Below are positions 38,030 to 47,289 of a stretch of 64,000 nucleotides of DNA, one piece after another; positions within the stretch are counted from its first letter, which is position 1; every line of letters starts with the position of its first letter. The position numbers were made by a program, and so were the translations under genes. Source of the stretch: an uncultured Gammaproteobacteria bacterium (GTDB lineage Bacteria; Patescibacteriota; Microgenomatia; UBA8517); assembly GCA_964366085.1 (NCBI GenBank), contig CAYISM010000001.1, positions 17,211 to 81,210 on the forward strand. The letters run 5' to 3'. Below the pieces are notes generated by a model. That model ran no database searches and had not been told where the DNA came from. It was given only the letters and a program-made list of their open reading frames with translations.

Positions 38030-38628
38030 TTAAGGATTGTAGATCTTATATGCACCAGACTTATCTCCTGTGGTAAGCGTTACTTTCTTGACTTCTCCTT
38101 TTGCTCCATATCCAAACATGGTTGCGTTTTGATAATTTACGGAATCGTACATATCATCCATTCCGATCCAATGTCCCAACTCGTGAGTCAAGATGTTTTC
38201 TGCGTCATATGAATTTGAATCCGCACAGGCATTTGAATTTGCCTATCTATTGTTGTAGTACTGCCAGGGACAAAATTTACTTTTCCTCCGGAAGCAGCCG
38301 ACCAATCGTTAAATCCGTTTACCGCAATTGTTGAAAGATTTGAGGAACCAATCGACGAGGGAACACTTGCCGAATTTAAATTATATGTCCAGCTAGAGGG
38401 CAAATGCCAGTTTGTTGATCCGACAATGTTTGAAGACTCTGGATCAGTCAAACCACAAATTAAACTAGGCGAGGATATCCTCGCCGGCTTTTCTTTGTGG
38501 ACAAAAACTCGAACCTTAACTCCTTTGACATCGGGATCATCGTAAGTCTCATTTTCTTCGGGAATTTCTTTTCTTTCCTTACCTAAACTTAAGGAGGCCC
38601 CGACCAAAAAAGATAGCACTACTAACAA
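38030..38628 (-). pseudogene. Matrixin/M10-like zinc metallopeptidase disrupted by a frameshift or internal deletion near 38240
   Basis: A second frame reads ...YDAENILTHELGHWIGMDDMY...NATMFGYG...TLTTGDKSGAYKIYNP* (HExxH at 38171-38185 plus Met-turn). Confidence 0.8.
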
Positions 38629-38658
38629 AACTAAAAGTATACTCTATTTGTCAATAGC

Positions 38659-39111
38659 TTAAATTAACTGAAATCTCTCTGCCAACTTTTTTAAATTTCC
38701 CGAGGATTTTGGTAAAACCTTCAGAATAATATACGAACTCAAACTTGCCCCAATTGTATCGAAAACCACATCCCTTACCTTTGGCTCTCTCCCGGGAGTA
38801 AAAATCTGATGAAACTCGTCGCTAATTCCATAAATTACTGCCAAAACAATTGAGTAGATAGCCGCTTTTTTCCTCTCGATTCCCGACCCTTTCAGAGCTC
38901 TATAAAGTAGTGTTGCGAATACGCCATACTCTAAAATATGTGCTGTCTTTTTCAAAATAAAATCCTGCCAATAAATTTCGGATGTTTTAATCGTTTGAAG
39001 GGAAGAAAACAGAAAAATTAAAGCCGCCCATAAAAATGGCGGCAACCAAAGATTTAAGACTTTTGAAGAATTATTCTTTCCCGTTTTCCCCATTCTCTTC
39101 ATTATACCCAA
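38659..39111 (-). CDS. VanZ-like membrane protein
   Basis: W..LIF.FSS, K.AH..EY, DE.HQ.F.PGR and D...DT.G motifs. Confidence 0.9.
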   Translation of the reverse strand: MGIMKRMGKTGKNNSSKVLNLWLPPFLWAALIFLFSSLQTIKTSEIYWQDFILKKTAHILEYGVFATLLYRALKGSGIERKKAAIYSIVLAVIYGISDEFHQIFTPGREPKVRDVVFDTIGASLSSYIILKVLPKSSGNLKKLAERFQLI

Positions 39112-40057
39112 CTTTTCTATTTTTAAACAAACTAAACAAAGCCGTAAAGATTAACGCAACTCCGGAAAAAATTAATATTAATGGTACGATTAGAGTCTTA
39201 AACTTATTATCTACAGATCCCTCGGAGGAAGAAGCTTCTTGGGAAGTCGGGCTTTGATCTCCTTCTCTTATTCCCAAAACAATTCCCTCTTGAGTAGCCG
39301 AAACTTCTTCTGTCGGTCTTGGAGTCGGGCTGGAAATTCTGGTCGGGGAAGGCGTGGGGGTTTTAGTTGGCGTGGGAGTTGATGTAGGAGTTAGGGAAGG
39401 AGTTGGTGTGGATGTGGATGTTGGAGATGGAGCAGGATCTGACGTAGGTAAGGGCGTTGAGGTTGCGCCAGAACTATTTGCACTTCCCGGTGTCCCACCG
39501 CTACTGATACTAACTTGCCAGTTAAAAGAATCATTACCAGAACCAGTCACACTTTTTCTTTCTAAAGACTTTCCATCTCCATCCGCTCCCCACGAATTTA
39601 AATAAGATACACTATCTACAATCAAACCTAAATTATTAGCTACTGCTACCGTATCTCCAGAATTATCAAATCCCCCACACATAGAAGATGAAGCTACGTG
39701 TAATGCCAAAGCATCAAGGTTAATACTAAACTTCTCATACGCTTCCGTTCCACTCCCACCATCCGTTATAATCACGTACTGACCTGCAGTAAGTAAAAAT
39801 CCAGACGATTGATATGTTTGTCCATCAGATTTCTTAACGTAACCAGCTTGTAATTGGCTATCACAAACTGTCCAATTTTCAAGGCTTGTACTTTCAGTTG
39901 TATATAGCTCAATCCACTCATTGTAATTATCATCTCCTTGATTAGGGTTATACATTACTTCATTTATCACCACCTGCGCTAAAATCTTTTGGGGAGAAAC
40001 CAAAATAAATAATATAACTATTAATAGAGTTTTAAATACTTTGATAAATCGATTCAT
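39071..40057 (-). CDS. Lamin-tail-domain surface protein with P/T linker and C-terminal TM anchor
   Basis: VVINEVMYNP, EWIELY, N.GD.V and GTPG..N motifs; (TP)n linker; IVLG; TM. Confidence 0.85.
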   Translation of the reverse strand: MNRFIKVFKTLLIVILFILVSPQKILAQVVINEVMYNPNQGDDNYNEWIELYTTESTSLENWTVCDSQLQAGYVKKSDGQTYQSSGFLLTAGQYVIITDGGSGTEAYEKFSINLDALALHVASSSMCGGFDNSGDTVAVANNLGLIVDSVSYLNSWGADGDGKSLERKSVTGSGNDSFNWQVSISSGGTPGSANSSGATSTPLPTSDPAPSPTSTSTPTPSLTPTSTPTPTKTPTPSPTRISSPTPRPTEEVSATQEGIVLGIREGDQSPTSQEASSSEGSVDNKFKTLIVPLILIFSGVALIFTALFSLFKNRKVGYNEENGENGKE

Positions 40058-40060
40058 CGA
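40036..40060. promoter_or_regulatory. Second copy of the putative TrpR-like operator, overlapping the start codon of the lamin-tail gene
   Basis: atactttgataaatcgattcatcga; 22/25 identical to 40511-40535. Confidence 0.65.
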
Positions 40061-40066
40061 AGTGAG

Positions 40067-40510
40067 TTAAAGAACTTTATTGCTTCTCTTTTTCTTTAAT
40101 TCGTTTCTTAGATAAATCCACCCGCCAGATTTAGAACCTCCCATTGCTCCAATAGAGGCTATCTTTTCTCCCAAGCTTAGAAGAAACCTTTCAATTTGCT
40201 TACTCTTCAATATCTGATTAACAACTTCTTTGTAGCCATTTTTGTACTTATAAACAATCGCGTAATCAGCAATGGTCGATGTACTTACTCGAAGCAAATC
40301 AGAAATCTCTTGGTAGTTGTAACCCTTGGATATAAAAAGCCCTATTGCAAGCCTTTTTGCCAACATAATCCGCTCAGTCGGAGTAAGAAATTCCTCAAAG
40401 AAGACAGCTACTTTTTTCTTTGTATCAAGATTTGCGATTGTTTCTAAAAATACTTCAAATATCTCGTTATAAACGTCTTTTCGTACCGGATATTTAGAAA
40501 TTTGTGCCAT
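40067..40510 (-). CDS. TrpR/YerC-like HTH regulator
   Basis: FLTPTERIMLAKRL and Y.EI...L.VS.STI motifs. Confidence 0.88.
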   Translation of the reverse strand: MAQISKYPVRKDVYNEIFEVFLETIANLDTKKKVAVFFEEFLTPTERIMLAKRLAIGLFISKGYNYQEISDLLRVSTSTIADYAIVYKYKNGYKEVVNQILKSKQIERFLLSLGEKIASIGAMGGSKSGGWIYLRNELKKKRSNKVL

Positions 40511-40535
40511 ATACTTCGATAAATCGAGTTATCGA
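40511..40535. promoter_or_regulatory. Putative autoregulatory operator
   Basis: TCGATAA-ATCGAG-TTATCGA inverted repeat; TCGA three times at 8-bp period, directly upstream of the ATG. Confidence 0.65.
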
Positions 40536-40546
40536 TATAGTTAATT

Positions 40547-41698
40547 CTACTGCAGATGCAAATATAAAGTCATTTTGCCACTGGAATGAAATATTCTAAC
40601 ATTGTTGCCAAGTGATGTTGTCCCTCTATAAAAATATGCCACTCCATCCTCAACTGCCCGCACAATCTTATCCGAACTGTCCACAATGTCTATTCCGTGA
40701 TGGAAACTTTCGTAGGGAGTGTGTCCGTAACACTGCGTTACCTTGGGGTTCGCCATCGGCCACGGCAAATTCCCTGAACCAATTGCACGATCCAACCCAT
40801 TTTTCTGTTGGACGTCGTCACACGACAAATACTCAAAATGAAAGGTTCTATTTTGCAAAACAGAAATGGGTGATTCGTTTCTGGTTGAATACCAACCAAT
40901 ATTTCCCTTAAAATCCTCGTTATGCTGTGATTCTGTAAGATTATAATACCCAAAATGAAGATGGGGGCCGGTTGAACGGCCGGTATTGCCCATTAAGCCT
41001 ATCATCTCTCCTTTTTTAACTTCTCTTTTGCCTGTAAATTGTGAATTTGCAAGCGCTTCAAGTTCTAATTGTGCCTCTCTCAAAAGACTCTGATACCTTT
41101 TCTCATCATTCCTAGTTACCAATAACAAACTTGCCTTTGCAATTTTCTGGCTATTTAAGTTTGCCTTTTGTTTTTCCAATTGTGCCTGCAACTCTTCCTG
41201 AGTCTCTTTTTCTGCCTTATAAGAAGTTTGTGCTTTTTGAAGACGCATAAGTAGATCTCTGTCGGCTTCTTGAATTTTTTGCAAAAAGTTAAATCTTAAC
41301 GCCGCTTCAGATAGGTCGGATGCCGACAGTAAAAAAATCATCGGATCTCCCAACCTTGCCATCTTGTATGTTTCAACTGCCCTTGAAGAAAATGCCTCAG
41401 TTAACTTTCCCAATGACCCCTCCAAGAGATCTATTCTGCCTGTCAAAAGAGATATCTTTTCTTCAATTTGTGAAATCTTAAGCGAAGTTAATTTAATCTG
41501 TGCATCAAATTGTGCGATTTGATTAGATAAAGTTTTTGATTGGGCGGAGAGTCGGTCTGTTTCTTTTTGATACCTATCTATTTCTTGTTGAATTTCCTCT
41601 AATGTTTTTGATTCAACTGAACTTGTAAAATACCCTAAGCCCAGAAATACAAAGAAGAGAACCGAAAGAAGAACTAATAGTTTTTTGAAAAGATTCAT
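40547..41698 (-). CDS. Secreted coiled-coil + M23 peptidase (EnvC/CwlO-like FtsEX partner) with a permuted M23 domain
   Basis: Signal peptide, long coiled coil, MGNTGRSTGPHLHF, then WP...HHGID...YLHL. Confidence 0.85.
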   Translation of the reverse strand: MNLFKKLLVLLSVLFFVFLGLGYFTSSVESKTLEEIQQEIDRYQKETDRLSAQSKTLSNQIAQFDAQIKLTSLKISQIEEKISLLTGRIDLLEGSLGKLTEAFSSRAVETYKMARLGDPMIFLLSASDLSEAALRFNFLQKIQEADRDLLMRLQKAQTSYKAEKETQEELQAQLEKQKANLNSQKIAKASLLLVTRNDEKRYQSLLREAQLELEALANSQFTGKREVKKGEMIGLMGNTGRSTGPHLHFGYYNLTESQHNEDFKGNIGWYSTRNESPISVLQNRTFHFEYLSCDDVQQKNGLDRAIGSGNLPWPMANPKVTQCYGHTPYESFHHGIDIVDSSDKIVRAVEDGVAYFYRGTTSLGNNVRIFHSSGKMTLYLHLQ

Positions 41699-42609
41699 TT
41701 CTCACGTCTTGCCCGAGAAATTGCAAGCAAACTCCCAACAAAAGCCAGTGTTAAAGCAATAATAATTTCACCGGCCAGAAAAATTCCAAAAAGAGAAAGA
41801 AAGTTTGGTATTCCTTTTGGAATCGTTGGAATATCACCAAAATAAGAAACTATCGAAGGCGCTAGGTATAGAACTGACACCAAAGCAGTTGTCCATCCAA
41901 CCAAAACCCCTGCCAAGCTATAAAGCGCCGACTCTATTAAAATTGGGTTTCTGATAAAACTCGGGGTTGCGCCTATTAGATTAAGTATCTCAACTTCAGA
42001 CTTTCTTGTTGATATTCTCATTCCGATTACTACTAATAGTACAAAAAACGAAGTTGTGCCCAGTACTGCTACCAACGCTATTCCTCCAAGCCTTAAATAC
42101 CAAGTAACGCGTCTTAATCTGGAAATAACATCCTCAAGTTTTGTCTCTCCTCCCAAACTTGCAGTAAAACCTACCTCGGAAACAATTGGTTCTTTTTTAA
42201 CCTGTTCTACCAGCTGGTTCGCAAAAGACAAATTCCTTAAGGAAAACTCAAGACTCGCGGGAAAAATTGAAGGATTTACAAGCTCCGATAAAAGAGGATT
42301 TCCCGAAGTTGCTTTCTTATAAATCCCTAACGCTTCTTCTTTTGTCACATATTTAACTTCCTTAACTTTAGGATCATTTGTGAGACTATTCTGTAACACC
42401 GCGATCTCGTCTGCCTTGGCACTATCTTTTAAAAAAGCAATAACTTGCGGTCTGGTCTCAAAGTAATTTAAAACCTGACTTGAGGAATAAACAAGAAGTG
42501 CCAAAATTGTGGAAGCAAAAAAGGTTAATCCTAAAACTAAAACTGCTGCAAGCGCTTGAAAAGGCGAGCGTCTTATATAATCAAATGCGGTTTTAAAGTG
42601 AATGTTCAT
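41695..42609 (-). CDS. ftsX: Cell division permease FtsX
   Basis: V.YVTKEEAL, R..E.EI..LIGAT..FIR.P..E motifs; follows ftsE. Confidence 0.92.
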   Translation of the reverse strand: MNIHFKTAFDYIRRSPFQALAAVLVLGLTFFASTILALLVYSSSQVLNYFETRPQVIAFLKDSAKADEIAVLQNSLTNDPKVKEVKYVTKEEALGIYKKATSGNPLLSELVNPSIFPASLEFSLRNLSFANQLVEQVKKEPIVSEVGFTASLGGETKLEDVISRLRRVTWYLRLGGIALVAVLGTTSFFVLLVVIGMRISTRKSEVEILNLIGATPSFIRNPILIESALYSLAGVLVGWTTALVSVLYLAPSIVSYFGDIPTIPKGIPNFLSLFGIFLAGEIIIALTLAFVGSLLAISRARREK

Positions 42610-43265
42610 TTTCCAGTCTTTCCTTCTTTTAATTCTATAACTCTTTTACCCAGTTTAGAAATTATTTCTTTATTGTGAGTTGCCATTATGATAGTTTTTC
42701 CTTCTTTTTTAATTTTTTCGAAAAGATCCATCATTGAATCTGCCGTTTCCCAGTCCAGGTTTCCGGTAGGCTCATCTGCCAAAATAAGTTTTGGGTTAAC
42801 AATCAAAGCTCTCGCCAAAGAAACTCTTTGAAGTTCTCCCCCGGAAAGTTGTGCCGGAAAAAGATCGGATCGGCTTGAAAGTCCGACAAGATTAAGTACA
42901 TGTTTCACTCTTTCTGCCCATTTTTCCTGAGGCAAATCAATAACTGCCAAAGCAACGTCGACATTTTCTCTCACGGTTCTTTCGGGAATAACTTTGAAGT
43001 CCTGGAAAACGACGCCTATTTTTTGCCTATATTTTGGAATTTCACCCTTTCCCAATTTGGATATATCTTTACCGCCAAAAAGTATCTGTCCCGTGTCGGG
43101 CAATAGTTCGTGTAAGATAAGCCGCAAAATTGTTGTTTTTCCTGCTCCTGAAGCTCCGGTTATAAAAACAAATTCTCCCTCTTTGACTTCAAAAGAAATA
43201 TCCAGAAGTGCCTTTATATTACCAAAAAATTTTGAAACCTTTTTAAATTCAATTAGAGCAGTCAT
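42606..43265 (-). CDS. ftsE: Cell division ATP-binding protein FtsE
   Basis: GASGAGKTT, GVVFQDFK, LSGGE.QR and ADEPTGNLD motifs. Confidence 0.95.
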   Translation of the reverse strand: MTALIEFKKVSKFFGNIKALLDISFEVKEGEFVFITGASGAGKTTILRLILHELLPDTGQILFGGKDISKLGKGEIPKYRQKIGVVFQDFKVIPERTVRENVDVALAVIDLPQEKWAERVKHVLNLVGLSSRSDLFPAQLSGGELQRVSLARALIVNPKLILADEPTGNLDWETADSMMDLFEKIKKEGKTIIMATHNKEIISKLGKRVIELKEGKTGK

Positions 43266-43316
43266 TACTTAAGAAGATTAGCAAATGAAAACGAAGAAAA
43301 CCAGGGCAAAGTACTT

Positions 43317-43832
43317 TCACTCGATCACTTTAACCTTACCAACATCCATAAGCCAACCGGCTTTCTTGCCTTTTGTCGTTTCTCCCCAAACCACTACTTT
43401 TTTGCCTATAAAATTCTGAAGATCAATTACGGTTGAGGTTAAGTATACGTTTTGTGAAGGCCCACCCGTTCTTTCCAGATGATGCGTTCCTTCGCCGCTT
43501 ATCCCGCCTTCGACAAGTGTTCCTTCGGCAGAATCTCTGAACGTTTTATCGTCAACTATTCCGACCTCGCCGGATCCTACTTTTGCTGCTGAGCCGGCTT
43601 TACTGCCCAATACCGAACTTTTGCCCGTTAAAATCCATCCGCTTCCTACCCCCGCCAAAACCAAAACACCTACAATTAAAACTGTTTTAAGAAAGTCCTT
43701 ATTTTTTATAAAAGAAACTTTCTTGACCAACGAGTCAACACTGGGCGTCTGGGGAATTACCGGCTGTGAAGTGTTTGTACCTTCCATATTGGGTCCAATA
43801 TAGCACCTTATATTACGTCTAGCAAGTAGCAC
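43317..43832 (-). CDS. Hypothetical single-TM protein (possible OB-like C-terminal domain; start may be MEGTN at 43787)
   Basis: TM followed by a beta-rich domain EGTHHLER...VYLTS...V.VWGET. Confidence 0.65.
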   Translation of the reverse strand: MLLARRNIRCYIGPNMEGTNTSQPVIPQTPSVDSLVKKVSFIKNKDFLKTVLIVGVLVLAGVGSGWILTGKSSVLGSKAGSAAKVGSGEVGIVDDKTFRDSAEGTLVEGGISGEGTHHLERTGGPSQNVYLTSTVIDLQNFIGKKVVVWGETTKGKKAGWLMDVGKVKVIE

Positions 43833-44905
43833 TACATCTTAAGTTCAGCCTCGATAAACTCGTCCAGTTCCCCATCCAAAACTCCTTCGGTATTTCCCGT
43901 TTCAACGTTTGTTCTTAAATCTTTAACCATTTTATAGGGATGCAGAACATATGAGCGGATCTGTGTTCCCCAAGAAGCCATGGTTCTTCCGCCCTTCAGC
44001 TCCTTTCTCTCGCTTGCCAACTCACTTTCCTTAAGGTGCCAAAGTTTGGATTTAAGAAGACTCAGGGCGTTTTTTCTGTTTTGCTCCTGGAAGCGCTCTG
44101 ATTGAGCAGAAACGGTAATCCCTGTGGGTTTATGAATAATCCTGACTGCGGTTGAAACCTTTTGGACGTTTTGCCCTCCTTTTGAAGAACTTCTAAAAAA
44201 CTGCAATTCTACATCTTCGTCCTTTATCTCAGTATCCGGCAAATCTACTTCTTCAAATTCCGGCAAGATTTCGACGAGGGCAAAAGAAGTCTGTCTTAAT
44301 TTATCAGCATTAAAAGGCGATTGTCGAACAAGTCTATGCGTTCCGGCCTCTTTTTTTAGATATCCGTAAGAATATGTCCCGGAAACTTTAAAAGTAACAC
44401 TTTTTATTCCTGCTTCCTCTCCCTCAGTCATGTCTAGTACATCCGTTTTCCACCCTCTTCTTTCGCAAAACCGGTGGTACATACGAAATAGCATGCTTGC
44501 CCAATCCATGGCTTCGACTCCGCCTTGCCCTGCGTGGATTGAAACTATGGCATTTTTGGCATCATACGGTTCGGAAAGAAATGAGGCCAGTTCAAATTTC
44601 TTTAAATCTTTTTCGATTTGATTAACTTCCTTCGTAAACTCCTCAGAAAATTCTTCGTCTTTGGAAAATTCTTCAAGAGTGTTAATTTGACTTTGCAAAT
44701 TCTCAAACTCGTCAATTTCTCTTTTTAAGTCCGAAAACTCTCGCATTAGCCTCTTTGCATTTTCCGGGTCATTCCAAAGATCAGGGTCGGTAGTTTTTGC
44801 CTCCGTCGAAAGTAACTCCGTTTTTTTTACTTCCAAGCTAAAGTTTTTGTCAATACCGGAGAATCTTTCTGTGAGTTCTTTTATCCTTTCCTTAAAATCC
44901 TGCAT
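43832..44905 (-). CDS. prfB: Peptide chain release factor 2, uninterrupted reading frame
   Basis: SPF motif (RQSPF), GGQ, E.G.HRLVR and WG.QIRSYV motifs. Confidence 0.97.
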   Translation of the reverse strand: MQDFKERIKELTERFSGIDKNFSLEVKKTELLSTEAKTTDPDLWNDPENAKRLMREFSDLKREIDEFENLQSQINTLEEFSKDEEFSEEFTKEVNQIEKDLKKFELASFLSEPYDAKNAIVSIHAGQGGVEAMDWASMLFRMYHRFCERRGWKTDVLDMTEGEEAGIKSVTFKVSGTYSYGYLKKEAGTHRLVRQSPFNADKLRQTSFALVEILPEFEEVDLPDTEIKDEDVELQFFRSSSKGGQNVQKVSTAVRIIHKPTGITVSAQSERFQEQNRKNALSLLKSKLWHLKESELASERKELKGGRTMASWGTQIRSYVLHPYKMVKDLRTNVETGNTEGVLDGELDEFIEAELKM

Positions 44906-44920
44906 GCGTAAAGTATACCA

Positions 44921-45388
44921 TTACGGAGCGCAAATGAGGGCTTTTACTTTTTTGGCATCGGTCGGGGTAAGTGTTTGAAATTTTTCAATGAAGCTCCCAA
45001 AAGATGTTTTTATTACGGACTCCTTTGCGTTTGATTGTGGGATCTGATTTGTTACTCCCAAAACATCAGCCAGTTTAGATCTTCCAATATCAATTGCGTT
45101 TACAATTGGTTTAGGAGCGTTTTTCCACCCTAAAACTTCAGTTAAAGCCGTCCTTCCACCAACAATAAGAAAACCCTCTAAAATAAGAGCCATTAAAAAT
45201 CCAAAGAAAAAACCAAAAAGTGCACCTTTAATTGACCAATCAAGCATGTGGCGTCTTAAGGAAGCAAGAGAAATTAAAAGTAAAAAAAGAAGGGCAATGA
45301 TTGCTCCGGCTTGTAAGTATGAAGGAGAGAAGGAATAGGACCCGAAGTTAAAGTTAAATTTACCGAATAAAGCTTGGACAGCATTCAT
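44921..45388 (-). CDS. Hypothetical membrane protein
   Basis: Two TM segments; DVLGV; extended -10 box 6 nt upstream. Confidence 0.7.
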   Translation of the reverse strand: MNAVQALFGKFNFNFGSYSFSPSYLQAGAIIALLFLLLISLASLRRHMLDWSIKGALFGFFFGFLMALILEGFLIVGGRTALTEVLGWKNAPKPIVNAIDIGRSKLADVLGVTNQIPQSNAKESVIKTSFGSFIEKFQTLTPTDAKKVKALICAP

Positions 45389-45403
45389 ACCTTAATAATA
45401 GCA

Positions 45404-46024
45404 TCACTGGACTACTTCTTCCTCTTCAACTACATCGCCAGATGAGGGGGTACCCGAAGAGTTTGAGGATTCGGTTAGGCTAAACGTTGATGCAATTTTG
45501 TTTTGGGCATCTTCCCAAAAACCAGTATCTTTCGGCCCGCCTTGACTCTGTGAGGCAGGCCCTTCAACTAGATACAGAATTCCTCCGTCTATTGCTACTG
45601 TTAAAAGTTTAGAGCTTGTCGAGTATTGTTTAGCGGAAAGTCCAGCCAAAGTCGTTGCGCCAACCAACGACGCTTCTTTTACCCCCGAGGTTGACTTTAT
45701 CCATTCATCGGCTGTTTTGGCCGTTGTGTCAATAACGGTAATTTTTATCTCTCCTCCGGTCTTAGTTAAAGATAAAACCGAATAGGAAGAATCGTCATTT
45801 GGGGTTACATCTTTTACTTTTATCGACTTCGGGTATTCAAAAGAAAAACCTGCGTTGTCTTTGTATACTAAGGTTGCTTCTGTCGATTTTTCTGATGTAT
45901 CCGACTGGCCGGTATTTTTAACCTGACTTCCGGTTTTTGATTTGAAAAGAAAATAAGAAGTCGCCCCACCCAAAATAATGATCCCCATAACTACTAAAAT
46001 AATAAGTATTTGCTTCTTTGACAT
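45404..46024 (-). CDS. Membrane-anchored PsbP-like protein
   Basis: N-terminal TM, Y.D..GFSFEYP and I.STF motifs. Confidence 0.65.
   Translation of the reverse strand: MSKKQILIILVVMGIIILGGATSYFLFKSKTGSQVKNTGQSDTSEKSTEATLVYKDNAGFSFEYPKSIKVKDVTPNDDSSYSVLSLTKTGGEIKITVIDTTAKTADEWIKSTSGVKEASLVGATTLAGLSAKQYSTSSKLLTVAIDGGILYLVEGPASQSQGGPKDTGFWEDAQNKIASTFSLTESSNSSGTPSSGDVVEEEEVVQ
45536..45559. repeat. 24-nt hairpin insertion, family A (encodes ASQSQGGP)
   Basis: CCCGCCT-TGACTCTGTG-AGGCAGG; removal restores VEGPKD at a GG|CC site. Confidence 0.85.
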
Positions 46025-46057
46025 GGTCTAATCTTCACTATATCATGAATTAAGTCC

Positions 46058-46486
46058 ATGAGAAAACTAGTCTTTTTAATTACCCTACTTTTTACTTTTT
46101 CATTACTATTTCCTAAGGGAGCGGAAGCAAAAAAGACACTACCAACAAGATCCGCAAAATCAAAAATAGCCTCTACAACCGGAAAAGTTGCAGTTTCGGC
46201 AAGATTCAGAAAAGACAGACGGGCAATTGTTGTATCTTTTGCAAATCTTGGTTCTGCATCTTCGGTTTCCTATATGTTAAGTTACGACACGCGGGGAACT
46301 TCACAAGGCGCCTCGGGAACAATAAGGCCAACTTCAGAAACCTCAATAACACGCGAACTTCTTTTCGGGACATGCTCACACGGAGTTTGCCGATATGATA
46401 GCGGAATTACTAATGCGAAATTTGTTGTAACTTCAAAATTAAATAGCGGAAAAACGATCGTCAAGACTTTCAGATTGAAAGTTTAG
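46058..46486 (+). CDS. Hypothetical secreted protein
   Basis: Signal peptide ending AEA; C-terminal LLFGTCS.GVC.YD. Confidence 0.75.
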   Translation: MRKLVFLITLLFTFSLLFPKGAEAKKTLPTRSAKSKIASTTGKVAVSARFRKDRRAIVVSFANLGSASSVSYMLSYDTRGTSQGASGTIRPTSETSITRELLFGTCSHGVCRYDSGITNAKFVVTSKLNSGKTIVKTFRLKV

Positions 46487-46487
46487 A

Positions 46488-47135
46488 TTATCCAGGTGGA
46501 AAGGTTGGAGAAGCAGACGGTGATGCGCTGGGTGTTGGTGTCGCTGTTGGTGAAGGCTTTGGAGTCTGTCCCTTTCTAAGTCCGGTCACTACTTCAACAC
46601 TTTTTCCACTCAATATTCCTGTTTTGGTTTGTACATCTTTATAAATATCGTTTAAATTTACAGTTATTTCATCGATTGCCGATTGTGCCAGACTTTGATC
46701 GAAAATAACAATTGTTGTGTCAACGTCAGTTCTTTCCTTATTTCCAACCGTTATGGATGTGTAACCCAAACCCTTTAGCTTGCCTTGCAAATAAGCCGCC
46801 TCACCTGAGATAGAAGTACCATTTAGTACCTCTATTTTTATTTTCGTCTTATCAATCGGCTCAGCCGTTGGGGTTGGGGTTGGGGTTGAAGGTGAATTAA
46901 ACTCAACCGACCCGGTTGTTTCAGGAGGAATAGTTTCTTGAGAAATTCGTAATTTCCTTACTATAAAAAATCCGCCTATCAACGCGAGTAAAAGTAGGAA
47001 TACTAAAAGCATTACCGAGCTCTTATTCGAGGATTTGGGTCCTGGGCTATAATTTGAAAAAGATTGCGGTTCTTCTTTCGTCTCTTCCACGACTTCTTGC
47101 TGCGTCTCACCTTCTACTTTTGTATTCTCTTCCAT
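46488..47135 (-). CDS. LytR C-terminal domain membrane protein with P/T linkers
   Basis: IEVLNGT.I.G.A..L...L...GY....GN motif; start MEENT. Confidence 0.85.
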   Translation of the reverse strand: MEENTKVEGETQQEVVEETKEEPQSFSNYSPGPKSSNKSSVMLLVFLLLLALIGGFFIVRKLRISQETIPPETTGSVEFNSPSTPTPTPTAEPIDKTKIKIEVLNGTSISGEAAYLQGKLKGLGYTSITVGNKERTDVDTTIVIFDQSLAQSAIDEITVNLNDIYKDVQTKTGILSGKSVEVVTGLRKGQTPKPSPTATPTPSASPSASPTFPPG

Positions 47136-47249
47136 GTGGCCGCAAGTATAGACATACCAAAACCTTTTTGTCAATTATCATTTTAGCCACGCTTTCTTTA
47201 GTTGAACTAAATCGTCATTTAAGATTAACTCTCTAATTCGTTTCATTAA

Positions 47250-47273
47250 ATTTCTTCTGAAGTTAGAAGAAGT
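47250..47273. repeat. AT-rich 24-nt near-palindrome (ACTTC..GAAGT type); may act as a terminator
   Basis: ATTTCTTCTGA-AG-TTAGAAGAAGT. Confidence 0.5.
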
Positions 47274-47289
47274 CACTTTTTTTAAATTA

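Noticed and set aside
39300-39460. (TP)n-encoding low-complexity DNA, also at 46490-46570 and 46860-46890
   Set aside because: Period 6 is explained by Pro/Thr protein linkers, not by a DNA element.
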